64,000 nt of DNA, taken from positions 1-64,000 of the IMG/VR virus record IMGVR_UViG_3300029957_000005. One strand, written 5' to 3'. This document shows, piece after piece, positions 53,911 through 62,249 of the stretch; position 1 is the first letter of the stretch; each line of letters opens with the position of its first letter. Position numbers and translations under genes: made by a program. Below the pieces are notes generated by a model. It made no database searches and was not told where the DNA came from. It saw only the letters and a program-made list of their open reading frames with translations. This stretch comes from a virus. Taxonomy: Duplodnaviria; Heunggongvirae; Uroviricota; Caudoviricetes.

Positions 53911-54099
53911 ATGAAGATAGACGACATGCGTGAAGAGTACGGTCCAGTCGTGGATCGAAGAAAGAAAGCCGTCTCTCACAATCTCCTCACCGTCTATAAA
54001 CTCCTCAAGACACTCGAAGCCAACTCAGACCCCGGCCTTGTTGCCATCGCCGCGGCCGAATCTGCCAAGTGGGTAGAGGACTACAGGAACTCGCTATGA
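53911..54099 (+). CDS. hypothetical protein
   Basis: AGGAGA RBS 8 nt upstream. Confidence 0.4.
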   Translation: MKIDDMREEYGPVVDRRKKAVSHNLLTVYKLLKTLEANSDPGLVAIAAAESAKWVEDYRNSL

Positions 54100-54506
54100 C
54101 GACCAGATGGGTCATCTTCAATTCGGTGTCGGTCTTCATCCTGGCCTACCTCTATGAGTTCTATTCGATCTTCGGCGTGGTCTCATCCATGGACCCTACC
54201 ATGGTCACTTCCCTGATCTTCAGCATCTACTTGGGCTGTACTTTCTACATCGGATGGAACGGCTTTGACTCCAACTTCAGGGCCGTTAGATTCATCGGCT
54301 CGAAGCTGACAGGCATCGGTCTTATCGGAACGGTGGCCGGGATCATGATCCTCCTGAGAGAAGCATCAACTCTGGCCCCGGACGATGTGATCGGTCCTCT
54401 GTTCAGAGGAATGGGCACGGTCTTGATCACCACCCTCTTCGGTGTGGCGTTCAATCTCCTCCTGGCGTTCCAGATCGCCTTCTGCTTCGAGGAGTATGAT
54501 GAATAA
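54096..54506 (+). CDS. minimal MotA/TolQ/ExbB-family proton-channel protein (136 aa, 4 TM)
   Basis: IGLIGTVAGIM and GMGTVLITTLFGVAFNLLLAF match the conserved C-terminal TM pair of ExbB/TolQ/MotA (IGLFGTVWGIM ... ALIATAAGLFAAIPAVVAFN). No large cytoplasmic domain. Confidence 0.6.
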   Translation: MTTRWVIFNSVSVFILAYLYEFYSIFGVVSSMDPTMVTSLIFSIYLGCTFYIGWNGFDSNFRAVRFIGSKLTGIGLIGTVAGIMILLREASTLAPDDVIGPLFRGMGTVLITTLFGVAFNLLLAFQIAFCFEEYDE

Positions 54507-55074
54507 GGTAACTTCTGTTGCCTACATAGACCTTCTCTCCGTCCTCTTCGTTTTCTTCTTCGTCGCCTTTGCCATAGTCTATTCAGTCCAGAAGAAGCAC
54601 GATGCGATCCTCGGAAATACGGTCTCAAAGGCAGAATTCCTGGTGACCATGGATTGGCCGGATGCTTCGGACAATGACTATGATCTCTGGGTTCGTGACC
54701 CCGACGACAGGACCGCCTTCTTCAGGAACAAGGAGACCAAGCTCCTGACCCTGGATCGTGATGATCAGGGAGACGGAGGCAAGATCTTTCCGGTTCGTCG
54801 TGAGATCGTCTCCTTCCGTGGACTCAAGGCTGGGACCTACACCGTGAATGTCGTCCTCTGGAACAAGAGGGCTGCCCCCGAAAAGGCCCGGATCTCCGTG
54901 GTCAAGCTCAATCCATTCTCGATCATCGAAGAAAAGACGGTCGAACTAACTCAGACAAAAGAAGAAGTAACGATCCTGTCCTTCACAGTGGACGAGACGG
55001 GTCGTGTCATCGCCAAGAACCACGATCCGGTTAAGATGGTTCAAGACTTCTTCGCCGAGGACTCCACAAAATGA
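54496..55074 (+). CDS. ExbD/TolR/MotB-like protein (single N-terminal TM with conserved Asp, periplasmic domain)
   Basis: TM VAYIDLLSVLFVFFFVAF matches ExbD/TolR INVTPFIDVMLVLLIIF, including the invariant TM Asp. Overlaps the MotA-like gene by 11 nt. Confidence 0.6.
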   Translation: MMNKVTSVAYIDLLSVLFVFFFVAFAIVYSVQKKHDAILGNTVSKAEFLVTMDWPDASDNDYDLWVRDPDDRTAFFRNKETKLLTLDRDDQGDGGKIFPVRREIVSFRGLKAGTYTVNVVLWNKRAAPEKARISVVKLNPFSIIEEKTVELTQTKEEVTILSFTVDETGRVIAKNHDPVKMVQDFFAEDSTK

Positions 55075-55511
55075 TCAATACTGCCGTCTTCGTGCTGGTT
55101 GCTACTCTCCTGATCCTGACCCTGTTCCTGAGATACATCGAGGTCAAGCTCGCCGTCCCGATCCTTCTGGTCATGGCTCTTCTTGCCATCCAACCTCTCC
55201 CATCGATCCTCGGATATCCGGTGGAAGAGAGGTTCGTCCAAGGCAAGGAGGGCGTCGTCCTGGGCGGATCCGGAAGAACGTTGATGCTCATGTTCAAGGG
55301 CGAGTCCCAGCCCAGGCTCGTCATCCTCTCGGACGCCAATAAGGTCCAGGAGGCCCTGAAGAAATCCAAGACAACAGTGGTCTTCATCAAGTTCGATAAG
55401 AAGTCCGGAAAGACCAAGGACGGCACAAGCGGAGAGACCGAGAACGAAGATCTCTCAAGTCTCCAATTTGTCGACGGAAACGATCAAACCATGGTTCAGA
55501 AGGATCCTTGA
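55071..55511 (+). CDS. membrane protein (2 N-terminal TM, soluble Lys/Glu-rich C-terminal domain); third gene of the MotA/ExbD-like operon
   Basis: ATGA overlap with the ExbD-like gene. Could be a TolA/TonB-like partner, although no SHLS motif is seen. Confidence 0.5.
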   Translation: MINTAVFVLVATLLILTLFLRYIEVKLAVPILLVMALLAIQPLPSILGYPVEERFVQGKEGVVLGGSGRTLMLMFKGESQPRLVILSDANKVQEALKKSKTTVVFIKFDKKSGKTKDGTSGETENEDLSSLQFVDGNDQTMVQKDP

Positions 55512-55531
55512 GGATCCACGCATTTTCCGTA

Positions 55532-55560
55532 TTTACATTCCTTTCGAGATAGAGTAGAGT
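55532..55560 (+). promoter_or_regulatory. sigma70-like promoter TTTACA-N17-TAGAGT with conserved upstream element CGCATTTTCCGTA
   Basis: The 18-nt upstream block is identical to that at 58389-58406. Confidence 0.5.
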
Positions 55561-55584
55561 CTTCTCAGAATACAGGAGATCGAC

Positions 55585-55764
55585 GTGAACATCCAACAGC
55601 TTCGAGATCAGATCGTTTCAGACCTTCGGACTCTTCCGAACGGTCGGGAATACTCCAAGGTTTCGGACAAGCTTCGGTCCTTCGTCAACGCCCACATCCC
55701 CGAAGCCGAGATCGTCAAGGTCGGTCGCAAGTTCATCCTCCGTCTCAAGGGAGAATTGAAGTGA
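55585..55764 (+). CDS. small hypothetical protein (GTG start), paralogous to the next gene
   Basis: AGGAGA RBS 8 nt upstream of GTG. VNIQQLRDQIVSDL... vs MNIQLSEEEIRELV... Confidence 0.4.
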   Translation: MNIQQLRDQIVSDLRTLPNGREYSKVSDKLRSFVNAHIPEAEIVKVGRKFILRLKGELK

Positions 55765-55946
55765 ACATCCAACTGTCCGAAGAAGAAATTCGAGAGCTCG
55801 TTGAAGTTCTTGGGAGCGCCCAAGCGGTCTTCGAGGATGCAGCTGAAACCGAGACTGGTCTGGTCCACAACACCCTGATCTATCGCATGAAGCAGTGTGA
55901 GAAGTTCATCTCCAAGATCGCCGACCAGTTCAACAAGCAATTTTGA
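55761..55946 (+). CDS. small hypothetical protein (GTG start, GTGA overlap)
   Basis: ORF track; GGGAGA RBS. Confidence 0.4.
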   Translation: MNIQLSEEEIRELVEVLGSAQAVFEDAAETETGLVHNTLIYRMKQCEKFISKIADQFNKQF

Positions 55947-55956
55947 GGAACTCGCA

Positions 55957-56145
55957 ATGATCTTCTGGTACCTCGTTTCCTTCCCGTTCTGGATTTCCGG
56001 AATCTGGATCCTCTACATGATCGCCCGGGACTTCAAGCGATTTGGACTCAAAGCCTTCACCGAGACACCGGTCCTCGAGTCCTTCGCCATCTGGTTCGGT
56101 CTCGTTCTGCTCGCCGTCGCCGGCCACCTCTGTGGAGTAATCTGA
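55957..56145 (+). CDS. small membrane protein
   Basis: Internal ATG with GAGGAA RBS; two hydrophobic helices. Confidence 0.4.
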   Translation: MIFWYLVSFPFWISGIWILYMIARDFKRFGLKAFTETPVLESFAIWFGLVLLAVAGHLCGVI

Positions 56146-56438
56146 TGCCCAGCCCGATGTACCCGAAGAAGGACGAACCGAAGCATGGTCTTGTCTACAA
56201 GATCATCGAAGGTCTCGCCATCGCCTACATCATCGGAGCCTCGATCGTCTTCCTTCCGACGGCCACAATGCTCTACACCGCCCTTGAAGAGAACGACTCG
56301 CTCTACGCCATGAGCAAACGACTCCTCAAGACCAACGACTATCTGTTCAATGCCGCCAACTCCCGCGGTCTCCTTGAAATCTGCGAAAACGCAGACGGAG
56401 AGATGGGTGTCATCTTCAAAGAGGACTGCAAGAAATGA
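56145..56438 (+). CDS. membrane protein
   Basis: ATGA overlap; one TM. Confidence 0.5.
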   Translation: MPSPMYPKKDEPKHGLVYKIIEGLAIAYIIGASIVFLPTATMLYTALEENDSLYAMSKRLLKTNDYLFNAANSRGLLEICENADGEMGVIFKEDCKK

Positions 56439-56608
56439 GCCCACGTTTCAACGACTATTTTCTCGTACTCGGAATTGCCTTCGTCTGCCTCCTGGTCCTC
56501 GGAGGGATCGTTCTCGAGTTCTCGGCCCTCTACCACTGTGGATGGTCCGGTGTCCTCTACGGTCGGAATGTCTTCTGGGCCTACATATTCGGATACTGCA
56601 ATGGGTGA
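56435..56608 (+). CDS. small membrane protein (57 aa), not in ORF track
   Basis: MSPRFNDYFLVLGIAFVCLLVLGGIVLEF... ATGA overlap upstream and ATG..TGA overlap downstream. Confidence 0.3.
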   Translation: MSPRFNDYFLVLGIAFVCLLVLGGIVLEFSALYHCGWSGVLYGRNVFWAYIFGYCNG

Positions 56609-56843
56609 TCACATCGAAGGACTCCACCCAGGTCCTCTCGTCTACCCGGACAATCCGGAGCTGGATGCCACCGATTGGGCTCACCCGGCCTGGTGGAGAG
56701 GAAACGACCGAGGAGTCGAGGCGACCTGTGAGATGCTCCACGCCATCATCGATGGGAAGTATCCGCAGGGAACAGTAGGCTACGAACCACTGGAGCGCCT
56801 CCGCTGGAGGATCCAGGGATTGCTCGAACAACAAGCGATGTGA
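56601..56843 (+). CDS. hypothetical protein
   Basis: Internal ATG of ORF 56475. Confidence 0.4.
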   Translation: MGDHIEGLHPGPLVYPDNPELDATDWAHPAWWRGNDRGVEATCEMLHAIIDGKYPQGTVGYEPLERLRWRIQGLLEQQAM

Positions 56844-56847
56844 TGCC

Positions 56848-57105
56848 ATGCAGTTCAATCTCTTCGTTCCTCAAGAAATCGTTCCGACCAACAGCGATGG
56901 GTGGTTCTTCTGGGACCCCTGGGTTTCATTCACCAAGGAAACCCTGAAGCTCTACTCGGACATTCTCGGAGACGATCAGTTCGAGCTGTTCGATTACGAA
57001 GAAGTAGCAGTGGACACCTACGTCTGCAAGTTTCTGATCTCTCCGATCGGGATGGACAGACTCGAGAAGTGGTCCTCCAAGAGGAAAAGTCTGAATGCTT
57101 TTTGA
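56848..57105 (+). CDS. hypothetical protein
   Basis: ORF track. Confidence 0.45.
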   Translation: MQFNLFVPQEIVPTNSDGWFFWDPWVSFTKETLKLYSDILGDDQFELFDYEEVAVDTYVCKFLISPIGMDRLEKWSSKRKSLNAF

Positions 57106-57325
57106 TCCAATCCTGTCCCTCGCCGATCCGCTCCCGGAAGTGGAGATCCCTCACGTTCATCACGACGTCCCGGAGCGAGACGTGATCTATCCGAACCCAC
57201 TCCCTCTCTGGCCGACGCCTTGGTATCTCATGATGCTCGGCTATGCAGCCTGGAGATTCAGGACCCCGGCCATGGGCTGGCACTACCTCCCGAATTGCGA
57301 ATACCAGAGGCTGTTCGCCCGATGA
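57095..57325 (+). CDS. hypothetical protein
   Basis: ORF track. Confidence 0.4.
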   Translation: MLFDPILSLADPLPEVEIPHVHHDVPERDVIYPNPLPLWPTPWYLMMLGYAAWRFRTPAMGWHYLPNCEYQRLFAR

Positions 57326-57615
57326 GCACCAACTCCACAACCTTGGACATTCCTCTTACGACTCCGGAGGAACTCCTGGAGGACTTGGATCTCGTCCAAT
57401 ATCTCCCTCCGAGGATCAAGCACTACGTCTTCTACGAATGCCTCTATCCGGTGAGCGCCAAGGCGATTCTGGATGTCTGGAACCAGGCTACTCACTTCTT
57501 CATGTCGCGGCAGGAGAAGGATGAAATCGAAATCGAAATCCTCGAATCGATCAAGGAGGTCTCGCATGGAGCTTTCCTCAAAGAAACCACGTACATCGAA
57601 GGTATGTACACCTAA
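57322..57615 (+). CDS. hypothetical protein
   Basis: ATGA overlap. Confidence 0.45.
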   Translation: MSTNSTTLDIPLTTPEELLEDLDLVQYLPPRIKHYVFYECLYPVSAKAILDVWNQATHFFMSRQEKDEIEIEILESIKEVSHGAFLKETTYIEGMYT

Positions 57616-57633
57616 CCCCACAAAGGATATAGA

Positions 57634-57822
57634 ATGCAAGGACCACTCGAATCTCAGACCGACGCAGGTCTGATCACCGCCCTTCGCCTGATGGAAGAAG
57701 CCTTCGAAGAAAATCCGACGGAGTTCGGTGGACTCGCAGGTTCCATGTCCCAGATCTGCGAGCATGCTCAACGTCGTATTCGCGAACTCCTCGGAGTTCC
57801 AGCACCAGGAATTCTTCACTAA
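57634..57822 (+). CDS. hypothetical protein
   Basis: AAAGGA RBS. Confidence 0.4.
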   Translation: MQGPLESQTDAGLITALRLMEEAFEENPTEFGGLAGSMSQICEHAQRRIRELLGVPAPGILH

Positions 57823-58187
57823 TGACTCGCATCAACCTTGTAGATCCGAAGACCCTCTCAGGCCCTCACCTTGTGGCCGAGTATCGGGAACTTCCTCGGA
57901 TCTTCGGGTTGGTGACCAAGCGTCTGGAAGCCGGGAAGAAGTTCAACGACATTCCCGAAGCCTACACCATGGGAGCCGGTCACGTTCGGTTCTTCTACGA
58001 CAAACTTCAGTTCCTAGCGGATAGGCAGGCGTCACTGGTTAAAGAGATGCTCAGGCGGAATTATTCTCCATCCTACACCGCCTATCCGCCGCTGGACAAC
58101 TACCCTGCAGAGTTGACCAAGTCCTGGACGCCAACTGCAGCCGACATTGCAATATCTCAAGCTCGCATCGACGAGAGGACCAAGTGA
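57822..58187 (+). CDS. denV: endonuclease V (pyrimidine-dimer DNA glycosylase) DenV
   Basis: MTRINLVDPKTLSGPHLVAEYRELPRIFG...GAGHVRFFYDKLQFL...AISQARIDE collinear with T4 DenV. Confidence 0.85.
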   Translation: MTRINLVDPKTLSGPHLVAEYRELPRIFGLVTKRLEAGKKFNDIPEAYTMGAGHVRFFYDKLQFLADRQASLVKEMLRRNYSPSYTAYPPLDNYPAELTKSWTPTAADIAISQARIDERTK

Positions 58188-58390
58188 TGGCATTCAAGTC
58201 AAGCAACCCAATCGGTCGAAGAGTCCGACTCAAGATCCCAGTCACGGTGATGGCCGGCACTTTCGAGTCCGGAACCCCGATGACGATCACCGATTCCGGC
58301 CCAATGGGGCTGAACCTGATCGATGACCACGGAAATCGTCTTCTCGACACAGGGATCATGGGCGACCGGTTCTACGAATTTATCGACTAG
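58184..58390 (+). CDS. hypothetical protein
   Basis: ATGA overlap. Confidence 0.45.
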   Translation: MMAFKSSNPIGRRVRLKIPVTVMAGTFESGTPMTITDSGPMGLNLIDDHGNRLLDTGIMGDRFYEFID

Positions 58391-58406
58391 CCGCGCATTT
58401 TCCGTA

Positions 58407-58434
58407 TTTACTTCTCCCGAGGGTTTGATAGAGT
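58407..58434 (+). promoter_or_regulatory. sigma70-like promoter TTTACT-N16-TAGAGT with conserved upstream element CGCATTTTCCGTA
   Basis: Same 18-nt upstream block as the promoter at 55532. Confidence 0.5.
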
Positions 58435-58465
58435 GCTTCTATCGAATACGAACGGAGTGACGAAA

Positions 58466-58720
58466 ATGCCTTGTGCAGTGAAAGTTCACCTCGACAACTT
58501 CTACGGAACTCAGATCCGGAACGAGATTGCCTCGAGGAAGTTCCTCCGCCAGGACGGTAAGCGTCTCACCCTCGAGGTGGTGGTTCACGTGTTCGACAAC
58601 ATGCTTCGGTACATCGTTTCAGTCGATGGGACTCAGGTCGCCGAGGTCAACGAAATTGCAGTCGGTCTCTTCTACTACAACAACGCCGAAGAGATCGTCA
58701 CCAAGCTGGAGACCAAGTGA
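58466..58720 (+). CDS. hypothetical protein
   Basis: Internal ATG of ORF 58433 downstream of the promoter. Confidence 0.4.
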   Translation: MPCAVKVHLDNFYGTQIRNEIASRKFLRQDGKRLTLEVVVHVFDNMLRYIVSVDGTQVAEVNEIAVGLFYYNNAEEIVTKLETK

Positions 58721-59046
58721 TGCGCCTGACTTTCAAGAAGGACAAGCGCGAGACTGGTCTACGAGCTGTCGGTAACGGAAACCCGGACGTCAACATAAAA
58801 GCCGATGGTGAAATCGTCGGTCTGATCAACGGTCCAACCTGGCAGACCAAGGACGGAAAGTTCAGCATCTCCCTGGTCGTGGACAAAGAGATCGTCCCGA
58901 ATGATCCAGCCGGATTTCAGTGGGTGACCTTGAAAGCCCGCTTTGATGCCGAGACAGAAGCCCGGGACTTCGTCAAGAGGAACTGGGAAACCATTCAATC
59001 GAAGTATGCCCTTCACCGGATGGGTGACTGGAAGCAGGAGAACTGA
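58717..59046 (+). CDS. hypothetical protein
   Basis: ATGA overlap. Confidence 0.5.
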   Translation: MMRLTFKKDKRETGLRAVGNGNPDVNIKADGEIVGLINGPTWQTKDGKFSISLVVDKEIVPNDPAGFQWVTLKARFDAETEARDFVKRNWETIQSKYALHRMGDWKQEN

Positions 59047-59048
59047 GG

Positions 59049-59446
59049 TGGATTGCCGTTCAGACTACCTCGAGCAGACAGGTCGTGAAGCAGAACTCCA
59101 GCGAGCTGCGAAGCTCTTGGTCTTCATCTTCGAGAAGCGCGGTCAGCCCGACCTGATCACCAAGAAGCTCCGCGATGCAGCCAAGGACTACTACTGCAAC
59201 GCCGACTACGTCGCCACCCTCTGCCGGACCCTCAAGTCCTTGAACCTGGACGAAGTCGAAGCCATCGTCTTCGACGCCCATGATGCCACCAGCCGGCACC
59301 TCGCCACCTGGTGGGAAGAGCACAAGAGAGCCGACGAGGTTCGCGAAGCCAAGGAGCAGGTCGAGCGTGCTCGGATCGTCAAGAAGGAAAAGATCCTGAA
59401 GAAGCTCGGGATCACCGAAGTCGAACTCAAGGAGATCCTCAAGTGA
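59049..59446 (+). CDS. hypothetical protein (GTG start after GAGG)
   Basis: The ORF 58943 N-terminus overlaps the upstream gene; start uncertain. Confidence 0.4.
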
Positions 59447-59589
59447 AGATCTTCTCTGCCCTTCTCTTCGCTTTTGGAGCAATTTTGTTCATCACCTCTG
59501 CAGGCATGATGACTGGAGTTCCTGGAGTGTTCTTTGCTACTGGACTGACCATCATGCTTGCAGCTGTCATTGGAGCCTGTGAAAAATGA
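59443..59589 (+). CDS. small membrane peptide (48 aa; GTG start)
   Basis: VKIFSALLFAFGAILFITSAGMMTGVPGVFFATGLTIMLAAVIGACEK. Confidence 0.3.
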   Translation: MKIFSALLFAFGAILFITSAGMMTGVPGVFFATGLTIMLAAVIGACEK

Positions 59590-60140
59590 AGAAGATCGCC
59601 GAACTCCTCGAAAGCCGGATCCTCTATGCCCTGTCCATCGGGAAGATCGATCAGGCCTCAACCCTTCGAGTCATCCTGAACACAGTCAACTCCATCATCG
59701 AGGAGGACGACGATCCAACCGAGATCCCGACCTATGAAGAAGCCTTCAGGTCGATCCTGACCCAGTGCGCTCAACTCGGCCTCGGGGCCGGTGACGACGA
59801 GAACGGTGTCTTCAAGTTGAAGAACGTTCCGCTCGAACATGCCCAGGAGAAGATCCAACAGTGCTTCGCCGCTCTCCGGACCTACGAAGCATTCCACAAC
59901 TCGATCTTCTACACCGGTCAACCTCTCCAACACATGGGGAAGCCTCTCGATCACACCCAGATGAACGAAGCCTTCCGTCTCGCCCAGATCGCCCTGTATG
60001 AGGAGCCGAAGATCTTCCTTCGCCACAAGTGGCCGTACGGAGGATGCGAGCTGGACGAAGCCACGCCCTGCAATCCATTCAACTGCTGCGAACTCTGTCA
60101 GGTGCCGGGAGCCGGCCACCACACCCCCAAAGGAGCCTAA
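59586..60140 (+). CDS. hypothetical protein
   Basis: ATGA overlap; the long antisense ORF 59658..60908 is rejected. Confidence 0.5.
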   Translation: MKKIAELLESRILYALSIGKIDQASTLRVILNTVNSIIEEDDDPTEIPTYEEAFRSILTQCAQLGLGAGDDENGVFKLKNVPLEHAQEKIQQCFAALRTYEAFHNSIFYTGQPLQHMGKPLDHTQMNEAFRLAQIALYEEPKIFLRHKWPYGGCELDEATPCNPFNCCELCQVPGAGHHTPKGA

Positions 60141-60143
60141 GCC

Positions 60144-60791
60144 ATGAACATCACTGGGAAGATCAAGGAACTCGTCTGGACCGAGTTCGGAGTCGGCTCC
60201 TACGTCTGTAGGGTCTTCGATGAACCGACTCCGATGGTTTATGCCATCGTCCGCTACTACAGCGAGGATCCGTTCTATTCGGTCCGAGTCAATGGGAACG
60301 AGATCGCTCCTGCCTCGGATGCCGACACCGGGAAGAAGGTCGCCCAGGACCACTACCACAACCACGTCCGAGCCGGCTTCGAATACATCTGGGACGAGAA
60401 CAAGACTGTGGACGGTCTCGACGATCAGATGCAGAACTTCCTGTCCGGAGTGGTCGGCGTCGTCGAAGCCAGCTCCTACGAGTCCATGATGCTCTGGTCC
60501 GAGAACCACAACAAGCTGGACTGGAAGGAAGGACGCTCCGGGTTCCTGTCCACGGTCGGTTTCATCGGGACCAAGCCGGTCTGCATCTCGGTCCTGACTC
60601 CGGTCATCGGTGGCCACAAGCTCCTGTTCTGGCATGCTACCTCCACGGTGGTCGACTACGACATGATCCGTGCCTGGCTCGAGCTCGCTGTCCCGAAGAC
60701 TGCCTGGAACCACGGTCGTCTCAATCAAACGGACGCCATGAACTTCCACAACGTTCTGCACGAAGCAGATCGGATGAAGGAAGCAGCGTGA
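60144..60791 (+). CDS. hypothetical protein
   Basis: ORF track; codon bias. Confidence 0.5.
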   Translation: MNITGKIKELVWTEFGVGSYVCRVFDEPTPMVYAIVRYYSEDPFYSVRVNGNEIAPASDADTGKKVAQDHYHNHVRAGFEYIWDENKTVDGLDDQMQNFLSGVVGVVEASSYESMMLWSENHNKLDWKEGRSGFLSTVGFIGTKPVCISVLTPVIGGHKLLFWHATSTVVDYDMIRAWLELAVPKTAWNHGRLNQTDAMNFHNVLHEADRMKEAA

Positions 60792-60988
60792 GATCCAAGC
60801 GCACTCGAAAGGTCGAATGGATCGTCGGATGCGGATCCGGTATTGCCCGGAATCCTGAGTTCGACAACGAAGCAGATGCGATCTCCTGCTACGAGAAGGA
60901 GATCGCAATCCCTTCCTACTTTGGTCCAGGACACAAGCGCTCTGCGGAAGTGTTCAAGATCACAACCATCACAGAAAGAATTCGATGA
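60788..60988 (+). CDS. hypothetical protein (GTG start)
   Basis: ORF track. Confidence 0.35.
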   Translation: MRSKRTRKVEWIVGCGSGIARNPEFDNEADAISCYEKEIAIPSYFGPGHKRSAEVFKITTITERIR

Positions 60989-61170
60989 CCCCGAAGCAGA
61001 AGTACGATGAGCGCAAGCGTTTGAGACTCGAGAACGATCTCCGCTACGAGCAGAAGCGCTCAGCCGATCTTGATCGTGAAGAACTGCTCGAAGAGAAGTT
61101 CATGCGAATCCTGACTGCAGTCGAGAAGATCGCCGAGGTTATGGAGCTTTGGGCAGATCAGCAGACGTGA
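60985..61170 (+). CDS. hypothetical basic/acidic helical protein
   Basis: ATGA overlap. Confidence 0.4.
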   Translation: MTPKQKYDERKRLRLENDLRYEQKRSADLDREELLEEKFMRILTAVEKIAEVMELWADQQT

Positions 61171-61185
61171 CTGAAAAAGAATCAG

Positions 61186-61214
61186 TTTACAAAGAAGACA
61201 AGATATTGTATCTT
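61186..61214 (+). promoter_or_regulatory. sigma70-like promoter TTTACA-N17-TATCTT
   Basis: Same family as the other early-type promoters. Confidence 0.4.
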
Positions 61215-61315
61215 CTGAAGTATCTTGTTGATGCCGACGAAAGAGAAGAAATCCTATATCTCCTCGTCGACATTCTCCGAAAAGAAAATCGACTCCTAAG
61301 GAAAGCTTTGAAGCT

Positions 61316-61603
61316 ATGATTGATCTGACTCGCGACCGGTTTCTTGCCTTCTGTCTCTCGAAGGGACAGGAGAAGTACGATCCACTGGACGTTTGGAACT
61401 GTGCCTTCAGCCAGTTCGTCCGTTCGGAGATTCCGGAGACCCGCTCGACCACAGTGGACTTCGACACCGGTGAAGTGATCGGTATCGGTCAGACTTGGAA
61501 CAACATCGCCAAGCTGGTCCTCGATGACGCCGAGATTGAGACGGTCATGCAGACCGGTCAGACCTTCGCCGACATCGTCGACGCCTTCGAAGGAGCAAAC
61601 TGA
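61316..61603 (+). CDS. hypothetical protein
   Basis: ORF track. Confidence 0.45.
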   Translation: MIDLTRDRFLAFCLSKGQEKYDPLDVWNCAFSQFVRSEIPETRSTTVDFDTGEVIGIGQTWNNIAKLVLDDAEIETVMQTGQTFADIVDAFEGAN

Positions 61604-61959
61604 TGCGAGCTATCGCCACAATCTTCCTCTTCGCCGTCTTCTTGATCTTCGTCGGATCGGCCGGATACATCGTCCAGTCCCACATCGAGACCAAGGACAT
61701 CCACGTGGTGTCCAAGGAACGCCTGATGAAGCTCGAGACGGACAACGACGGGAAGTCCACGACATCCTACAAGAACTTCGTCTACTCCACGGACGAGACC
61801 TACATCGTCGAGGACTCATTCTGGAACTGGCACTTCACCGCCGGTACGGTCTATGCCCGAGTCCAGCCGAATGAGACCTGCAGGGTCAAGCTCGCCGGCT
61901 ATCGGATCGGTTTCATCTCGATGTATCAGAACATCATCGAAGTCACCTGTCACGCCTGA
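61603..61959 (+). CDS. membrane-anchored protein (N-terminal TM)
   Basis: MRAIATIFLFAVFLIFVGSAGYIV. Confidence 0.5.
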   Translation: MRAIATIFLFAVFLIFVGSAGYIVQSHIETKDIHVVSKERLMKLETDNDGKSTTSYKNFVYSTDETYIVEDSFWNWHFTAGTVYARVQPNETCRVKLAGYRIGFISMYQNIIEVTCHA

Positions 61960-62249
61960 TGGATGACTTCGAAAAGAGGATCGGGACCCTCGAAGCCCGA
62001 CTTGCCCAGAAGACCAAGGAACTGGAGACGACGGACAAGGAGCGAAAGCGCCTCCTGAGCGTCATGAGATCCTTCACCGAGAAGGAGATGGATCTCAGAG
62101 AGGATCTGGCCGAGGCCGTTCGCTCTGTTTCCAATCTGGAAAAGGAAATGATCTACTTCCTCCGGATGATCCGGTATGGAGAGCCGAATGCTCTCAAGAT
62201 GATCGAGATCCGTCTCGCAGACAGGTTCAAAAATGAAGTTCAGGACTAA
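61959..62249 (+). CDS. coiled-coil protein
   Basis: ATGA overlap; heptad-rich sequence. Confidence 0.45.
   Translation: MDDFEKRIGTLEARLAQKTKELETTDKERKRLLSVMRSFTEKEMDLREDLAEAVRSVSNLEKEMIYFLRMIRYGEPNALKMIEIRLADRFKNEVQD

Noticed and set aside
59658-60908. 416-aa minus-strand ORF
   Set aside because: Antisense to two well-supported + strand genes. Arg/Asp/Gly-rich low-complexity composition and non-genomic codon pattern. Typical antisense artefact in a C-ending codon-biased genome.
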